Shown piece after piece: positions 32,101-38,685 of a DNA stretch of 64,000 nucleotides. A program made the translations under genes and the position numbers. Under the pieces are notes generated by a model that had not been told where the DNA came from, did no database searches, and saw nothing but the letters and a program-made list of their open reading frames with translations. Location of the stretch: positions 32,001 through 96,000 of the forward strand of contig CAXXVK010000043.1 in NCBI GenBank assembly GCA_963676915.2. The letters run 5' to 3'. Position 1 is the stretch's first letter. The number at the start of each line of letters is the position of its first letter. Source of the DNA: Myxococcota bacterium. GTDB lineage: Bacteria; Myxococcota_A; SURF-8; G963663525.

Positions 32101-32825
32101 TTGAGACATTGCCGCTTAGGGTCGTACTATTTGAAGCCAATCCAGCAGAAGGACCGGTGCCGCTAACGACGATCCTTTCATGGAATATCGTGGGAGGTAC
32201 AAGACCTTACGACTGTGAGATTTTCATCGATAATGAATCTGAATACCGGATTACCGATTGCCTCCCGGAAGATGAGATCGAGCACGAATTCCTTGATGAC
32301 GGACTTTACATGGTCGAATTGAGAGTTACGGACGATGAGGAAGGACAGTCTGGGGCGGCACTGGAAGTGAAAGCGACCCTGGAAGACATTGAAGAGGGCG
32401 ATGAGGATGAAGAAGTTCACCCCGGCGATATTGACGAAATGGACGATGCGGAATTCGAGTTAATCGAAGACGAGGAATTGGACGGAGAACAGGAATTCGA
32501 GAGTGTTGAAATGGATGACGAGGTTGTTGATGATGAAGAAGCCGCAGAAATCGAAGAGTCGCAAAGCGAGACGGAACTAGAAGAGGAAGAAACATCAGAG
32601 GGTGTTGAGCCAGGTGACGAGGATTCAGCGGAGCAGTCTGAAACTACGGAACAAGCAGGAGATCAGGATCGTACAGCCGATGAGAATGTCGGTGCGGTAG
32701 GTGGTGACAGTGGACTATGTAAAAGCGTTGGAGTCACATGGAGTCAAATCGTGCCCCTGACAATTCTTTTCCTGCTTGGTTTTGCAAGGATCAGGCGATG
32801 GCGGCGAGAGTTGTCGGTAGTCTGA
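20136..32825 (+). CDS. Giant cell-surface protein (4229 aa): 8 right-handed beta-helix modules, FN3, multiple CARDB, Ig/InlB-B-like, ASH, PKD, acidic stalk, MYXO-CTERM-like anchor
   Basis: Signal peptide ANA|ET; eight LTI(E/Q/D)PG...GT...PIxF modules; PDL...ESDExNN CARDB repeats; IDFGEV...SNDP ASH domain; D/E-rich linker; GGDSGLC + TM + RIRRWRR tail. Confidence 0.9.
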   Translation: MKRQAILGVFAALLFLIPFTKANAETIVSSNIRSDTTWTLDGSPYIVTTTITLSASSANQSVGLTIEPGVEVRFDEGARLYVGDYRSYNNYYGWLYAVGTADAPIVFTANSDTPTPGYWSGLYFKDQNLDNSTVLDHVVVEYGQPNVYATNTILSIKNSDIRFSGGHGIQIADNANVTIGGEDIGNNIYQNIGNGIYQADSSVSLTIGHNDIYENDGAALRVGVNNNVYGNVIHDNGYDEIQTWGGRLTGAVTWRNQNVPIVVLASITVRASAANQTTGLTIEPGIEVRFNQNTMIYVGEYYSYNHYYGWIHAAGTADAPIVFTANSDEPTPGFWGGLHFRNETTDASVVLDHIVVEYGQPNIYATNATFAITNSEIRYSGSIGIHVDTSANITIGGEDQGNSIYQNATYGIYQADTSVSLNVSHNELYENGSIPMRVCAISNTFSNSIHGNGQDVIQVWGGRLNRDLTWYNQNVPIVVLASITVRAASANQTVGLTIEPGLEIRFDQNTKLYIGEYTSYNNYNGWINASGTAESPIVFTANSDEPTAGFWGGLHFQDQTTDASVVLDHIVVEYGQPNIYATNATFAITNSEIRYSGSIGIHVDTSANITIGGEAQGNSIYQNTTYGIFQADSGISLDIGHNEIYENGGIALYLGRNFNAYSNSIHDNGYDILQTRGGQLDKTVTWYNQNVPIIVTSTITVRSTTANQNVGLTIQPGVEVRFNENTKIYFGQYVSYNHYNGWINAAGTAENPIVFTANSDEPTPGFWGGLSFRNETIDDSVVLDHVIIEYGQPNLYAYDAAFAITNSELRFSGSMGIHIANNANLTIGGVDQGNKIYQNTTYGIYQDDSSVMPDIGYNEIYENAGIALLMGRNMNVHDNSIYDNGTNRIQVRGGTLTATTTWHNQITPVPIEPLAEITIRASSANQSAGLTIEPGVQILCNQDFRFILGIYTSYNNYYGWINATGTADKPIVFTPNTDEPTPGFWKGIYFRDQTNDTLSVLSHVEMHYAGQEGTAAIYLASASPTITDSLIEHSATYGIYADDGALNATIANNTFLNNGAAPISVLPNAVETIRGNTGQGRITIRGGTQTRTVTLHKQDLDFTVSGSITVRSSSANQSSGLTIEPGTNILFDEGTYIHVGIYTSYNNYYGWINATGTANSPIVFTANTTEPTPGFWGGLNFRDQTNDSLTVLDHVIVEYGQPNIQATNAAITLKNSDIRFSGTNGLQFSENSWGTIGTEDNGNRIYRNTSYGIYQDNGNGVPAVGYNEIYENGEVAARLGRNFNAYGNVIHDNGADEVQTWGGSLDRSVTWHNQNVPIVVLNSVTVRGASANQTVGLTIEPGTEIRFNEGKTLIFGIYTSFNDHYGWINATGTPEAPILFTANANPPTPGFWNGIYFRTQTSDANTVLDHVIVEYAGYSSNANIYAESAAVTIQNSTIRHSSNTGIYLDDGSNGTTITDNEFYDNAVAAISGLPNAVNNMSGNAGEGRIHIRGGNFTLSSGTWRRQGLDYEVTGSVTVRGSSANQTSVLTIDPGVTVRFRSGTNLSFGIYTSFNNHYGALWAKGLENLPIRFSSASDLPAPGDWNGLYFRTYTVDASTTMENCIVEYAGTNVYVDNANFAFSKNTLQYGNANGLTVSGGQADGMLIECNNFKGNNVGVSITDGADPRLFNNNFIENIQDGVNNSGSSTGIDAIGNWWNDPGGPATGDPATGAVLYEPVLTEPSTCVSLPPDNFPPYSPMHPTPEDGATDVALDELNNLQLSWRGGDPDPADEIFYDVYFSTDPDALMLIASDVTETSFEVNDLAVGMRYYWQVVAKDGAENETQGAVWQFVTAGPPPDLALSGLEIDVPEGGLFSGMETTIRVTVTNVGAGPVSIPFSTDLNVNQALYESQSIDRVMITDEAETLSFTWLAKAGTHTGEFVVDTDNIVEESDETNNILTFDLPEIPYPDLVVHDISLLTEVPVQGEISSVQVTLDNLGATTVKDLLVELESRGTTFSNWQTGGLVAGDFPTLIFEVPTPAGEFSVTAFVDATGLVTESDEANNRVTQTLATIPYPDLMGMELVVDPPSPYINETVTVSLALGNEGEGGTVLPFDVALYVDETKVDTVRVNDPLRTAEDSIPVELEWVAQSGLHTLEVRIDEKLEVEESDEADNIIAVGELEMLLPDYVPTLSDFRPEQISQGESVYFTATVENQGEGANILPIKARFYIDDSAFNTTEMLTWLETGALAQVTNDTAWRAQAGEHCYTIIVNPDGSMPEANLENNSITDCLPLIEQPDLTLISLTYDPTELVLGNVISFSTTVKNVGTGDTWLPFSIALYANDSRQAGAKTVEILEVNQEQTVTLPWRVTSGDWTIKVVADADDNVEEFDETNNVSELVLPHIYSKPDITVSLDDYEGEIVWGERTVSWTASHNEEVEISRVRIYARHNGDTLLSDTTEALGNIPWDTSSFPDGTYRLRGIVTDANGAEDEFFTGSFEVKNARSITLSSSPTSWQSGRINEELTFQITVRNLQPEEDTIKISSINSDNIFSLAIDDAELTIPAWGSSSTTVRSIADATGTYAFVVEGVSDSNPALADSVDLSVRVSDPFRFSLSPDNISTSLGDKLSYSLIVTNQLTIADTYSFSVSGFPEGWVTTPDSVMLNPGETRIVSMTVEEVDQTGEFELTVETTSTETGVMKSESSSLSTVADPKITWLWPENGYRSGSDRILIQWETNVSTLATAYVRHDGDTEWTSYDAQDGLFHGVWIEGLQRNTTYEYYVESTNDFGSATSNVRSFTVLNGVVFSESSHNFSLYRGKSEEFSISVQNTDSIPHQIMVYVLDPPEDLNVGIVGPGSGRGETLIVPSGGVASLTLAAHAQDSLLDDYAFSLNLETVDEGTVIFDQTQVAIHVMDLAVDFSVAYVSENAATLSQRYRITNRGAAINDLSVILDELLAEGATIVPLIDHAFLDEGETLEFDVIPDITPPFSAIGGTMTVTGGGHTVEKTLTFSLPPSYDTFTYRLSEAECAFNPTQGTFTTQDFDNRYTSFTWEAGRTNLINWSVDDREEELYEPSDTELAEGIQVFDASVSMLLNDNTLTFTFDGLVQNPYVDPGDDVPMVRRRISWSSSVDSATTESSVVNVFHSADAFESYLDLQDVIGAADGTQQEKVNLFWAAKASSDLSSIIAMEGSQDPLLELAATTLKDWVADSTGPWQFMGLFEKVSTGANSYTTNRQRVESSVATPAGLTPEDLTSAYLGFHFSPQSHLTPHDVDIFFNDWLVGNFRQDAPRGYFFYGLEAYQVFFGMGATNQVAVTIYNNKPGEYSILYDFSLLFTLLDQEISYVAVSEAEALQELCATYSDLLRRTDLAAYETSIALPESTILIDRETNLDLTVFNRGSVAGVALASLSIDDQSVWEDFVYVPGLGRTDFPISWTPTEAGEHSVILSLMPFGPDRDSANDQVSVSISVVDQLTHELTVVITPPETGSVQGVGIDCPEDCGETITDGEIIDLQAIPHTGYEFIGWKGDDTSADPNLQVTMDGPKSYLAEFACIELAKPVLTTDVEGVYNEVPYDLSWETVDVATGYVFQESMDPDFLAWDETSTELLTQDYEKFVDTTTTFYYRVKAVSDCGESAWSDTVSVVVSDHHLYTLDVAVEGPGTIEGTGIVCPEDCQESIEETFSVSLEALPDYAHAFVQWNVTGSETPVFDNPYVFDMDGDTNTTAVFECFQPDPSVAQTSNSQVEWLESYTISWSGVDYAEGYEIEESLSPDFAESVTIQTTDIEQSYQHEVDVDTTYYYRIKARTPCTVTESSETVSVTVLARDEYTVTVGVTGEGSIEGSELACPGTCMATYYENSPVSFTAIAAQGWRFDRWEGDIQQTQAEVSIEAILQNYTLTAVFEMIEPVIEVVPLAIDFGEVSVAGAGEYREVSITNTGGATLNVSSIGMTAETPYSFSLISETCTRASLARNEHCVLQVRFSPVRAEQVQGGLWVHSNDPNQSEVVITLEGKGVVETLPLRVVLFEANPAEGPVPLTTILSWNIVGGTRPYDCEIFIDNESEYRITDCLPEDEIEHEFLDDGLYMVELRVTDDEEGQSGAALEVKATLEDIEEGDEDEEVHPGDIDEMDDAEFELIEDEELDGEQEFESVEMDDEVVDDEEAAEIEESQSETELEEEETSEGVEPGDEDSAEQSETTEQAGDQDRTADENVGAVGGDSGLCKSVGVTWSQIVPLTILFLLGFARIRRWRRELSVV
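20325..25000 (+). repeat. Intragenic tandem repeats (8 units; spacings about 648, 648, 648, 654, 573, 648, 576 bp)
   Basis: LTI(E/Q/D)PG codons at about 20325, 20973, 21621, 22269, 22923, 23496, 24144 and 24720; units 2 and 3 encode an identical stretch of about 50 aa with only synonymous differences. Confidence 0.85.
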
Positions 32826-33192
32826 AAAAAGAAAAGAACACTGTTTTTATTTCTTTTCCGTCTGCAAACACCATTTTATGGATTGTTGCTTGCCAATATT
32901 TCATTTTTCAATGAAATCAATGGTTTAGGCTATAGCGTCTCCCGTTTTCCGAACAAACGTATGGTACAGTTTTAATGTAAATATATTGAACAGTTGACTG
33001 GTGCTTCTAAAATGGCTGTAACTGGCAGATGTTATTGATATATCTGCAATGAGGAATGGCGCTGGTTTGTCATACTTTGTTGTTTGATGGGTAAAATACA
33101 GGATTTGCCTTTGGAGTTTTGGCGTTGTATATCTCTATGAATGACGAAACGATTTGTTTTCGTACCATGATGGAGACTCGGACGTTCGAACG

Positions 33193-33822
33193 ATGGTAAA
33201 AGACCTACCCAATGTCTATCTCGTAACGCATTCCCGGCGACATGCCAAATTGAGCTTGGAATCCGCCATTGCCGCCGCGCTCGATGGCGGTGCAAAACTG
33301 GTGCAATGTCGGGATGATAGCTTGTCACGGGAAGAGTTGTCGGACATCGTTTCGAAGGTGCTGCCGTGGTTCGATTCTTCCGACGCTCGATTGCTTGTCC
33401 ACCGATATATCGAGGAAGCTGTGATGCTAGGTGCTCATGGTGTGCATGTAGCTTCCGAGGATCTGCCTCGGCTCCCTGCGATACGTAAACGGGTACCGGA
33501 TGGTTTTCTAATCGGCTACACGGCGCACACGGTACGGGACGGCTATTCGGCGGCACATATGGGAGCGGATTTCGTCACCCTGGGACCGGTATTCGATCCG
33601 CCTCACGGTGAAGCGCGTCATCCGGTGCTTGGTGCGCAGGAGGCGGGACGTGCCGTTACGGAAGTTCCTTGTCCCGTGTTTGTTGCGGGAGGTATAAGTT
33701 CGTTTAAATTCAAGCGGTTGCGCGCTTGCGGTGTAGGACGGGTGGCATTGTCCAGTGCCGTATTCGATAACAGCGACGTACGCCGGGTAGTGATGGAATA
33801 CAGGGAGTTTTGGGAGGCGTAA
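33193..33822 (+). CDS. Thiamine-phosphate synthase (ThiE/TenI) family protein, divergent
   Basis: VYLVT, GAKLVQCR, GAHGVHV, GADFVTLGPVF and PVFVAGGI TIM-barrel motifs; start uncertain (33154 or 33193). Confidence 0.75.
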   Translation: MVKDLPNVYLVTHSRRHAKLSLESAIAAALDGGAKLVQCRDDSLSREELSDIVSKVLPWFDSSDARLLVHRYIEEAVMLGAHGVHVASEDLPRLPAIRKRVPDGFLIGYTAHTVRDGYSAAHMGADFVTLGPVFDPPHGEARHPVLGAQEAGRAVTEVPCPVFVAGGISSFKFKRLRACGVGRVALSSAVFDNSDVRRVVMEYREFWEA

Positions 33823-34457
33823 TGTCGGATCACCTGGAACGAATACGAAATGCGTTGAAGGACTATCAAGGGAAGCCGCTGGAATTCTCGATAAGAGAGC
33901 GCTTGACCGCATCCGCCGTTTTGGCTCCTTTGTATGTCGCCGAGGGGCGGACGTATTTGCTGTTCACCCTCAGAAGTTCCAAAGTGCGAGATCATAAAGG
34001 ACAGATTTCCTTTCCGGGCGGTAAACGAGAAGAGGGCGAAAGCACGCTCGAATGTGCATTGAGGGAAACCGAAGAAGAAATCGGAATTCACCCGCAACAA
34101 GTGGAAATCATAGGGAAACTGGATGAAGTCCCCGTCATTTCCAATCATGTGATTACTCCGTATGTGGGAATTATCCCGTATCCCCACAAACTCACGGTCA
34201 ATGCGGATGAGATCGAGCAGGTTATTCCAATACCGCTGGAGGGCTTTTTCGATCCCTCGATTTACCGGTTGCAACTCAGTCCGTTCATGGGGAGAAACGT
34301 CCCGGTACACTTCTTTTATTTTTCCGAAGCGACGGTCTGGGGTGCGACGGCGCGGATTGTCGTCAAATTGCTTTCGACCGTCTACGGTTTCCTGCCTGAA
34401 CCGTACCGGGAGGTACTGGAAAAAGAGCGAAAAGAACAGGGATTAGCTCGGAGATAG
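33822..34457 (+). CDS. nudL: CoA pyrophosphatase, Nudix family (NudL-like)
   Basis: LFTLRS...HKGQISFPGG and Nudix box ALRETEEEIG; VWGATA. Confidence 0.85.
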   Translation: MSDHLERIRNALKDYQGKPLEFSIRERLTASAVLAPLYVAEGRTYLLFTLRSSKVRDHKGQISFPGGKREEGESTLECALRETEEEIGIHPQQVEIIGKLDEVPVISNHVITPYVGIIPYPHKLTVNADEIEQVIPIPLEGFFDPSIYRLQLSPFMGRNVPVHFFYFSEATVWGATARIVVKLLSTVYGFLPEPYREVLEKERKEQGLARR

Positions 34458-34664
34458 TCCTGTGAAAACAGGGAGATACGTTAGTGAAAAGCATGTATCT
34501 GGACATTGCTTGTTCCTGATAGGGCTTTAATCGGTATTTCCCCCGCTCAAAACTTGACTTGCCCGAATATCCTGCTAAATTGGCGCATTCCGGGGTAGAT
34601 GTGGATGCATCCTGGAAAAGGCATCGGGTATCGAAGCTTATAGATCCATCAAGGAGCAAAAATA

Positions 34665-36755
34665 ATGGCGAAAAAACTGGAGATCGGTCAAAAGCGCGTC
34701 GTAGGATTTGCCGGGCATTCCGGCTGCGGCAAAACTTCTTTGTGCGAAGCGATGCTGTGGCTTGTCAAGGCGACCGACCGGCTTGGCCGCGTCGATCAGC
34801 AGACGGCGGCGATGGACTTCGAGCCCGAAGAGCACAAGCGGTTGTACTCGGTCAGTTCTTCGACCAACGACATCACCTATAAAAATATGCAGTATTTCAT
34901 GCTGGATACCCCCGGCAGTTCGGATTTCATTCCCGAGGCGAAAATCACTCTGACGGTCGCGGGTGGTGTTGTGATGCCGATCGATGCCGTGGAAGGTCCG
35001 AAGCATCAGCATGGTGTGTTGCAGGAATTTTTGACCGAGCGTAACGTTCCGTTGATGTTGTTCGTCAACAAACTCGATAAAGAACGCGCCAAAGTGGACG
35101 AAACGCTGACCGCCGTAAAAGAGCAAATCGGGATCGACCCCGTTCTGCTTCAGTTGCCGATCGGCAAGGAAGACGATTTCAAAGGCGTCGTCGATCTGCT
35201 GGCGAAACAGGCGTTTGTCTACTCCGACGAAAGTGGAAAATCCGAAAAGACCGACATTCCCGCCGACATGGCCGATGCCGTGGAAGAAGCTCGGGAAGCC
35301 ATGATCGAACGCCTTGTTGAAGGTGACGAAGAGATCATGGAAAAATACCTCGAAGGCGAAGAAGTCACCACCGAAGAACTTTACATGTGCTTGAAAAAAG
35401 GCACGCTTTCCGGTGAGTTGGTGCCTGCGTTGTTGGGTTCGGCCTACAAAAATATTGGTGTGGATCGTCTCTTGGAAGCCATCAAAGGCGCGTTTCCGTC
35501 TCCCGACGAAGAAGCCCCCCGCCCCATGGTGGATGTGGACAGTGGCGAGGAACTCGAAGAAACGGTGCAAATCACCGAAGACGGTCCGTTTTTGGGATAC
35601 GTATTCAAGACGTTGGCCGATCCTTTCGGAACCGTCTATTACCTGCGGGTTATGCGCGGAAAACTGGCGAGCGACGACGATTACGTCAACGTCAGCCGCA
35701 ATTCCAAAGAGCGGATGGGTAAACTGTTCTATATGCGCGGTAAAAAGCACGAATCCGTGGACGAAGTCGGTGCCGGTGAAATCGTTGCCGTGTCCAAGAT
35801 GAAGGACATGAAAACCGGCGATACCCTGGGCGCTGCGAAACATAACGCCGTGTTGGCTCCTCTGCCGGAAGCCATCCAGATGATCACCTTCGCCATTTAC
35901 GCCAAAAAGAAAGGCGAAGAAGAGAAAATGGGTCAGGCGATCTATCGTCTGCTCGAAGAAGACCCGACGTTGAAGATGGAACGCCAGGAGCAGACCAAGG
36001 AACTGCTGATTTCCGCCGTTGGCCAGGCGCACTTGGACGTGACGATCGAAAAAATAGCTCGCCGCTTCAAAGTCGAAATCGATTTCCGCACCCCCAAAAT
36101 TCCGTATCGTGAAACGATTCGCGGACGTTGCGAAGTCGAAGGGAAACACAAGAAACAATCCGGTGGTCGTGGACAATTCGGTGTGTGCTGGATTCGTGTG
36201 GCACCCAAACCCCGTGGTGAAGGCTTCGAATTTGTCAACTGCATCGTGGGTGGCGCGATTCCGAAGCAGTACATTCCTGCCGTGGAAAAAGGTATCGTCG
36301 ATACCATGCTGACGGGTGATTTGTCCGGTAACCCGGTGCAGGACGTACAAATCGAGCTGTTCGACGGTAAATACCACGACGTCGATTCCTCGGAAATGGC
36401 CTTCAAAATCGCGGGAAGTCAGGCTTGGAAGACGGCTTTCGAGAAGTCCGAACCGGTTCTCTTGGAGCCTTATATCGACGTGCTGGTCAAGGTGCCGTCC
36501 GAGCACATGGGCGATGTGATCGGTGAGTTGAACTCTCGCCGTGGTCGGGTTCAGGGTATGGAAGAAGCCGGGCGCTACGCCGAGGTTTCGGCACAGTGTC
36601 CTCAAGCGGAAATGCACGACTTTTCCCAGACTCTGCGCAGCATGACCCAGGACCGTGCGGTCTTTACCACGGCGTTCAGCCACTACGAGGAAACGCCGCC
36701 CGACGTGATGAAGAAGGTCGTCGAGGAGTATCAGCGCTCCAAAGAAGAAGAATAG
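34665..36755 (+). CDS. Elongation factor G paralogue (EF-G2/EFG II type)
   Basis: GHSGCGKT, DTPGSSDF, NKLD, HKKQSGGRGQFG, HDVDSSEMAF, LLEP; switch I is KRLYSV instead of RGITI; not in an str operon. Confidence 0.92.
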   Translation: MAKKLEIGQKRVVGFAGHSGCGKTSLCEAMLWLVKATDRLGRVDQQTAAMDFEPEEHKRLYSVSSSTNDITYKNMQYFMLDTPGSSDFIPEAKITLTVAGGVVMPIDAVEGPKHQHGVLQEFLTERNVPLMLFVNKLDKERAKVDETLTAVKEQIGIDPVLLQLPIGKEDDFKGVVDLLAKQAFVYSDESGKSEKTDIPADMADAVEEAREAMIERLVEGDEEIMEKYLEGEEVTTEELYMCLKKGTLSGELVPALLGSAYKNIGVDRLLEAIKGAFPSPDEEAPRPMVDVDSGEELEETVQITEDGPFLGYVFKTLADPFGTVYYLRVMRGKLASDDDYVNVSRNSKERMGKLFYMRGKKHESVDEVGAGEIVAVSKMKDMKTGDTLGAAKHNAVLAPLPEAIQMITFAIYAKKKGEEEKMGQAIYRLLEEDPTLKMERQEQTKELLISAVGQAHLDVTIEKIARRFKVEIDFRTPKIPYRETIRGRCEVEGKHKKQSGGRGQFGVCWIRVAPKPRGEGFEFVNCIVGGAIPKQYIPAVEKGIVDTMLTGDLSGNPVQDVQIELFDGKYHDVDSSEMAFKIAGSQAWKTAFEKSEPVLLEPYIDVLVKVPSEHMGDVIGELNSRRGRVQGMEEAGRYAEVSAQCPQAEMHDFSQTLRSMTQDRAVFTTAFSHYEETPPDVMKKVVEEYQRSKEEE

Positions 36756-36783
36756 ATCCTTTTCGTTCCATTTCGTAACCAAC

Positions 36784-36813
36784 AGGCACGGTTCACGCCG
36801 TGCCTTTCCTTTT
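36784..36813 (+). terminator. Terminator-like hairpin between EF-G2 and the btuF-like gene
   Basis: AGGCACGG-loop-CCGTGCCT followed by TTCCTTTT. Confidence 0.55.
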
Positions 36814-36823
36814 GGAGGACGTC

Positions 36824-37648
36824 ATGGTCGAGTCCGCTTCTCCCCGGTCCCGTCGAATTGTGGCCTGTACTCCTGCCGCTGCCGAAATCCTTTTGCTGCT
36901 TGGTGCCGGAGAGAGGCTTCTTGGAGTTTGTACAGGCTTGGAAATTCCTGAATTGGAATCCAAGGTCGAGGTGGGAACGCCGGACAACATCGACGCCGAA
37001 AAAGTCGCTTCTTTGAAACCCGACCTTGTGATTCACTCCAATTCGTATCCCGGAGCCGAGGTTGCGATTCATCGGATGGAAGCCATGGGACTGCATGTCC
37101 TGAATCTAACGACCGAACGTTTCGACGATTTGTTGTCTGATCTTTTTGCGGTGGGAGTGGAAATCGGAGAGGAAACCAAAGTTTCCGAATGGGTTGATCG
37201 GTTCGACGAGCGCCGCCGTCGCCTGCTTCGCCTTGTTCCGCGCAAAGATCGACCGTTGCGTGTTTACATCGAACTCTGGCCCAACCCTTTTGTCAGCGCA
37301 GGTTCGCAAAGCTGGATGACGGATATGATCAAGCTGGCGGGAGGACACAACTGTTTTGCCGACCGCTATTATCCCTCCTATACCATTGAAGAGGAACGTA
37401 TCCTCGAAGAAGACCCGGAAACGATTCTGATTTGCTGGGCCGGTCAAGGCGACGATACCGGCGAGCTGGACCCGGAAGAAATCCGCAAGCGAAAGGGCTG
37501 GCAGAAAATGGCCGCCGTACGTTTCAAACAGGTGTTTTTCTTGCCGGAATCCCTGTTTTCGATACCCGGTCCACGTATGCTGGATGGTTTGGAACATCTG
37601 ATCGGGCTGTTTTCAGGATTGCAGCGTGACGACGATGGACGGGATTGA
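36824..37648 (+). CDS. BtuF/YvrC-like cobalamin/iron-chelate binding protein (helical-backbone type)
   Basis: RRIVACTPAAAEIL, EKVASLKPDLV, DMIKLAGGHN, DPETIL, PGPRMLDG; RBS GGAGG before ATG 36824. Confidence 0.8.
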   Translation: MVESASPRSRRIVACTPAAAEILLLLGAGERLLGVCTGLEIPELESKVEVGTPDNIDAEKVASLKPDLVIHSNSYPGAEVAIHRMEAMGLHVLNLTTERFDDLLSDLFAVGVEIGEETKVSEWVDRFDERRRRLLRLVPRKDRPLRVYIELWPNPFVSAGSQSWMTDMIKLAGGHNCFADRYYPSYTIEEERILEEDPETILICWAGQGDDTGELDPEEIRKRKGWQKMAAVRFKQVFFLPESLFSIPGPRMLDGLEHLIGLFSGLQRDDDGRD

Positions 37649-37887
37649 CGAAAATCCTCTATACCGAGATTTTTCTTTCAGTGCAATTCATTTCCCACGG
37701 CATAGATACCTGACAGTCTTTTTTTTTAAATCGATAAAAAAATACAGGAAATAGTCGAGGAGAATTTTCTTTTACCATATGTACGGAAAAGCGAATTTAT
37801 GTTTAAATTCGAGGATTTATTGGGAATCTAAGACATATTTGCGTGCCATGTTTCATAGGATTTTACAGGATCGATACAAATAAAATA

Positions 37888-37916
37888 TTGCCAATCATCC
37901 GATACGGGAGTAATCT
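37888..37916 (+). promoter_or_regulatory. Putative sigma70 promoter of the Cys-rich peptide gene
   Basis: TTGCCA-17 nt-TAATCT, 60 nt upstream of the ATG, which has a GGGAGG RBS. Confidence 0.45.
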
Positions 37917-37976
37917 TCCCGGTGAATTGTCACCTATAAACCGTCTTTCTTTTCTTTCTACAGGGAGGTACCCCTT

Positions 37977-38570
37977 ATGAAATGGTTCCCACTGGTTGTT
38001 CTTGCGATGTTTTTCTGCTTAACCGGCTTTTCTCCGGTCGATGTGTCCGACGATCAAGATAGCGACTTTTCGTCGATGATGTCGCAATCTCCGGATGAAA
38101 CGATGGTCGTTGCGGCTAAAGATTGCCCAAAACGTTGCAAAAAGGCAGGGATATGTTCCCCGAATTGTTCTCAATGTGTCGATCAATGCAAAGCTTCGGT
38201 ACAGCAGTGCAAAGCCGCGTGTAAAAACAAAAAATGCCGTAACCAATGCAACAAAAAGCGTGAAAAATGCAAAGATTCGTGTCAGGGCATGCAATTCAAC
38301 GATCCTGTTGTCCAGCGATTTAAACAACAGCAAGCGGCTCAGACAACGCCTCCTCCTCCGCCTCCTCCTCCGCCCGCTCCGGCGGCTGTGGTCGATTGCC
38401 CGAAACGCTGCATGAAAGACGGCACGTGCTCGGTTCCGTGTATGAACTGCGTGAACAATTGCAAAAGCCAAACCATCAATTGCAAAGCGGCATGCAGCAA
38501 CAAGAAATGCCGGGGTAAATGCAACAAGAAACGTGAAAAATGCAAAAAATCGTGTCAGAAAATGAAGTAA
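37977..38570 (+). CDS. Secreted protein with two cationic 12-Cys domains separated by a Gln/Pro linker (197 aa)
   Basis: Signal peptide, acidic segment, two repeats with identical Cys spacing, poly-Pro linker; strong RBS and terminator. Confidence 0.85.
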   Translation: MKWFPLVVLAMFFCLTGFSPVDVSDDQDSDFSSMMSQSPDETMVVAAKDCPKRCKKAGICSPNCSQCVDQCKASVQQCKAACKNKKCRNQCNKKREKCKDSCQGMQFNDPVVQRFKQQQAAQTTPPPPPPPPPAPAAVVDCPKRCMKDGTCSVPCMNCVNNCKSQTINCKAACSNKKCRGKCNKKREKCKKSCQKMK

Positions 38571-38603
38571 GCACTAGCTGAATCAACGAGAGTTTTGGTG
38601 AGA

Positions 38604-38650
38604 GGACGGAGTAATGTTAGAAAGAACATTGCTCCGTCCCTTTTATTTTT
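38604..38650 (+). terminator. Rho-independent terminator between convergent genes
   Basis: GGACGGAGTAATGTT-loop-AACATTGCTCCGTCC followed by CTTTTATTTTT. Confidence 0.85.
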
Positions 38651-38685
38651 AGATGAATTATTCGGGTAAAGACTAAATGGGGTGG

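Noticed and set aside
34665-36755. Canonical fusA or a TetM-type resistance gene
   Set aside because: Divergent G1 and switch I motifs and no rpsL-rpsG-tuf context; fits the known EF-G2 paralogues.
34638-36782. 714-aa minus-strand ORF
   Set aside because: Antisense shadow of the EF-G2 gene; no motifs of its own.
37836-37850. TGGCACG on the minus strand as a sigma54 site
   Set aside because: No TTGC at the -12 position and no suitably oriented gene.
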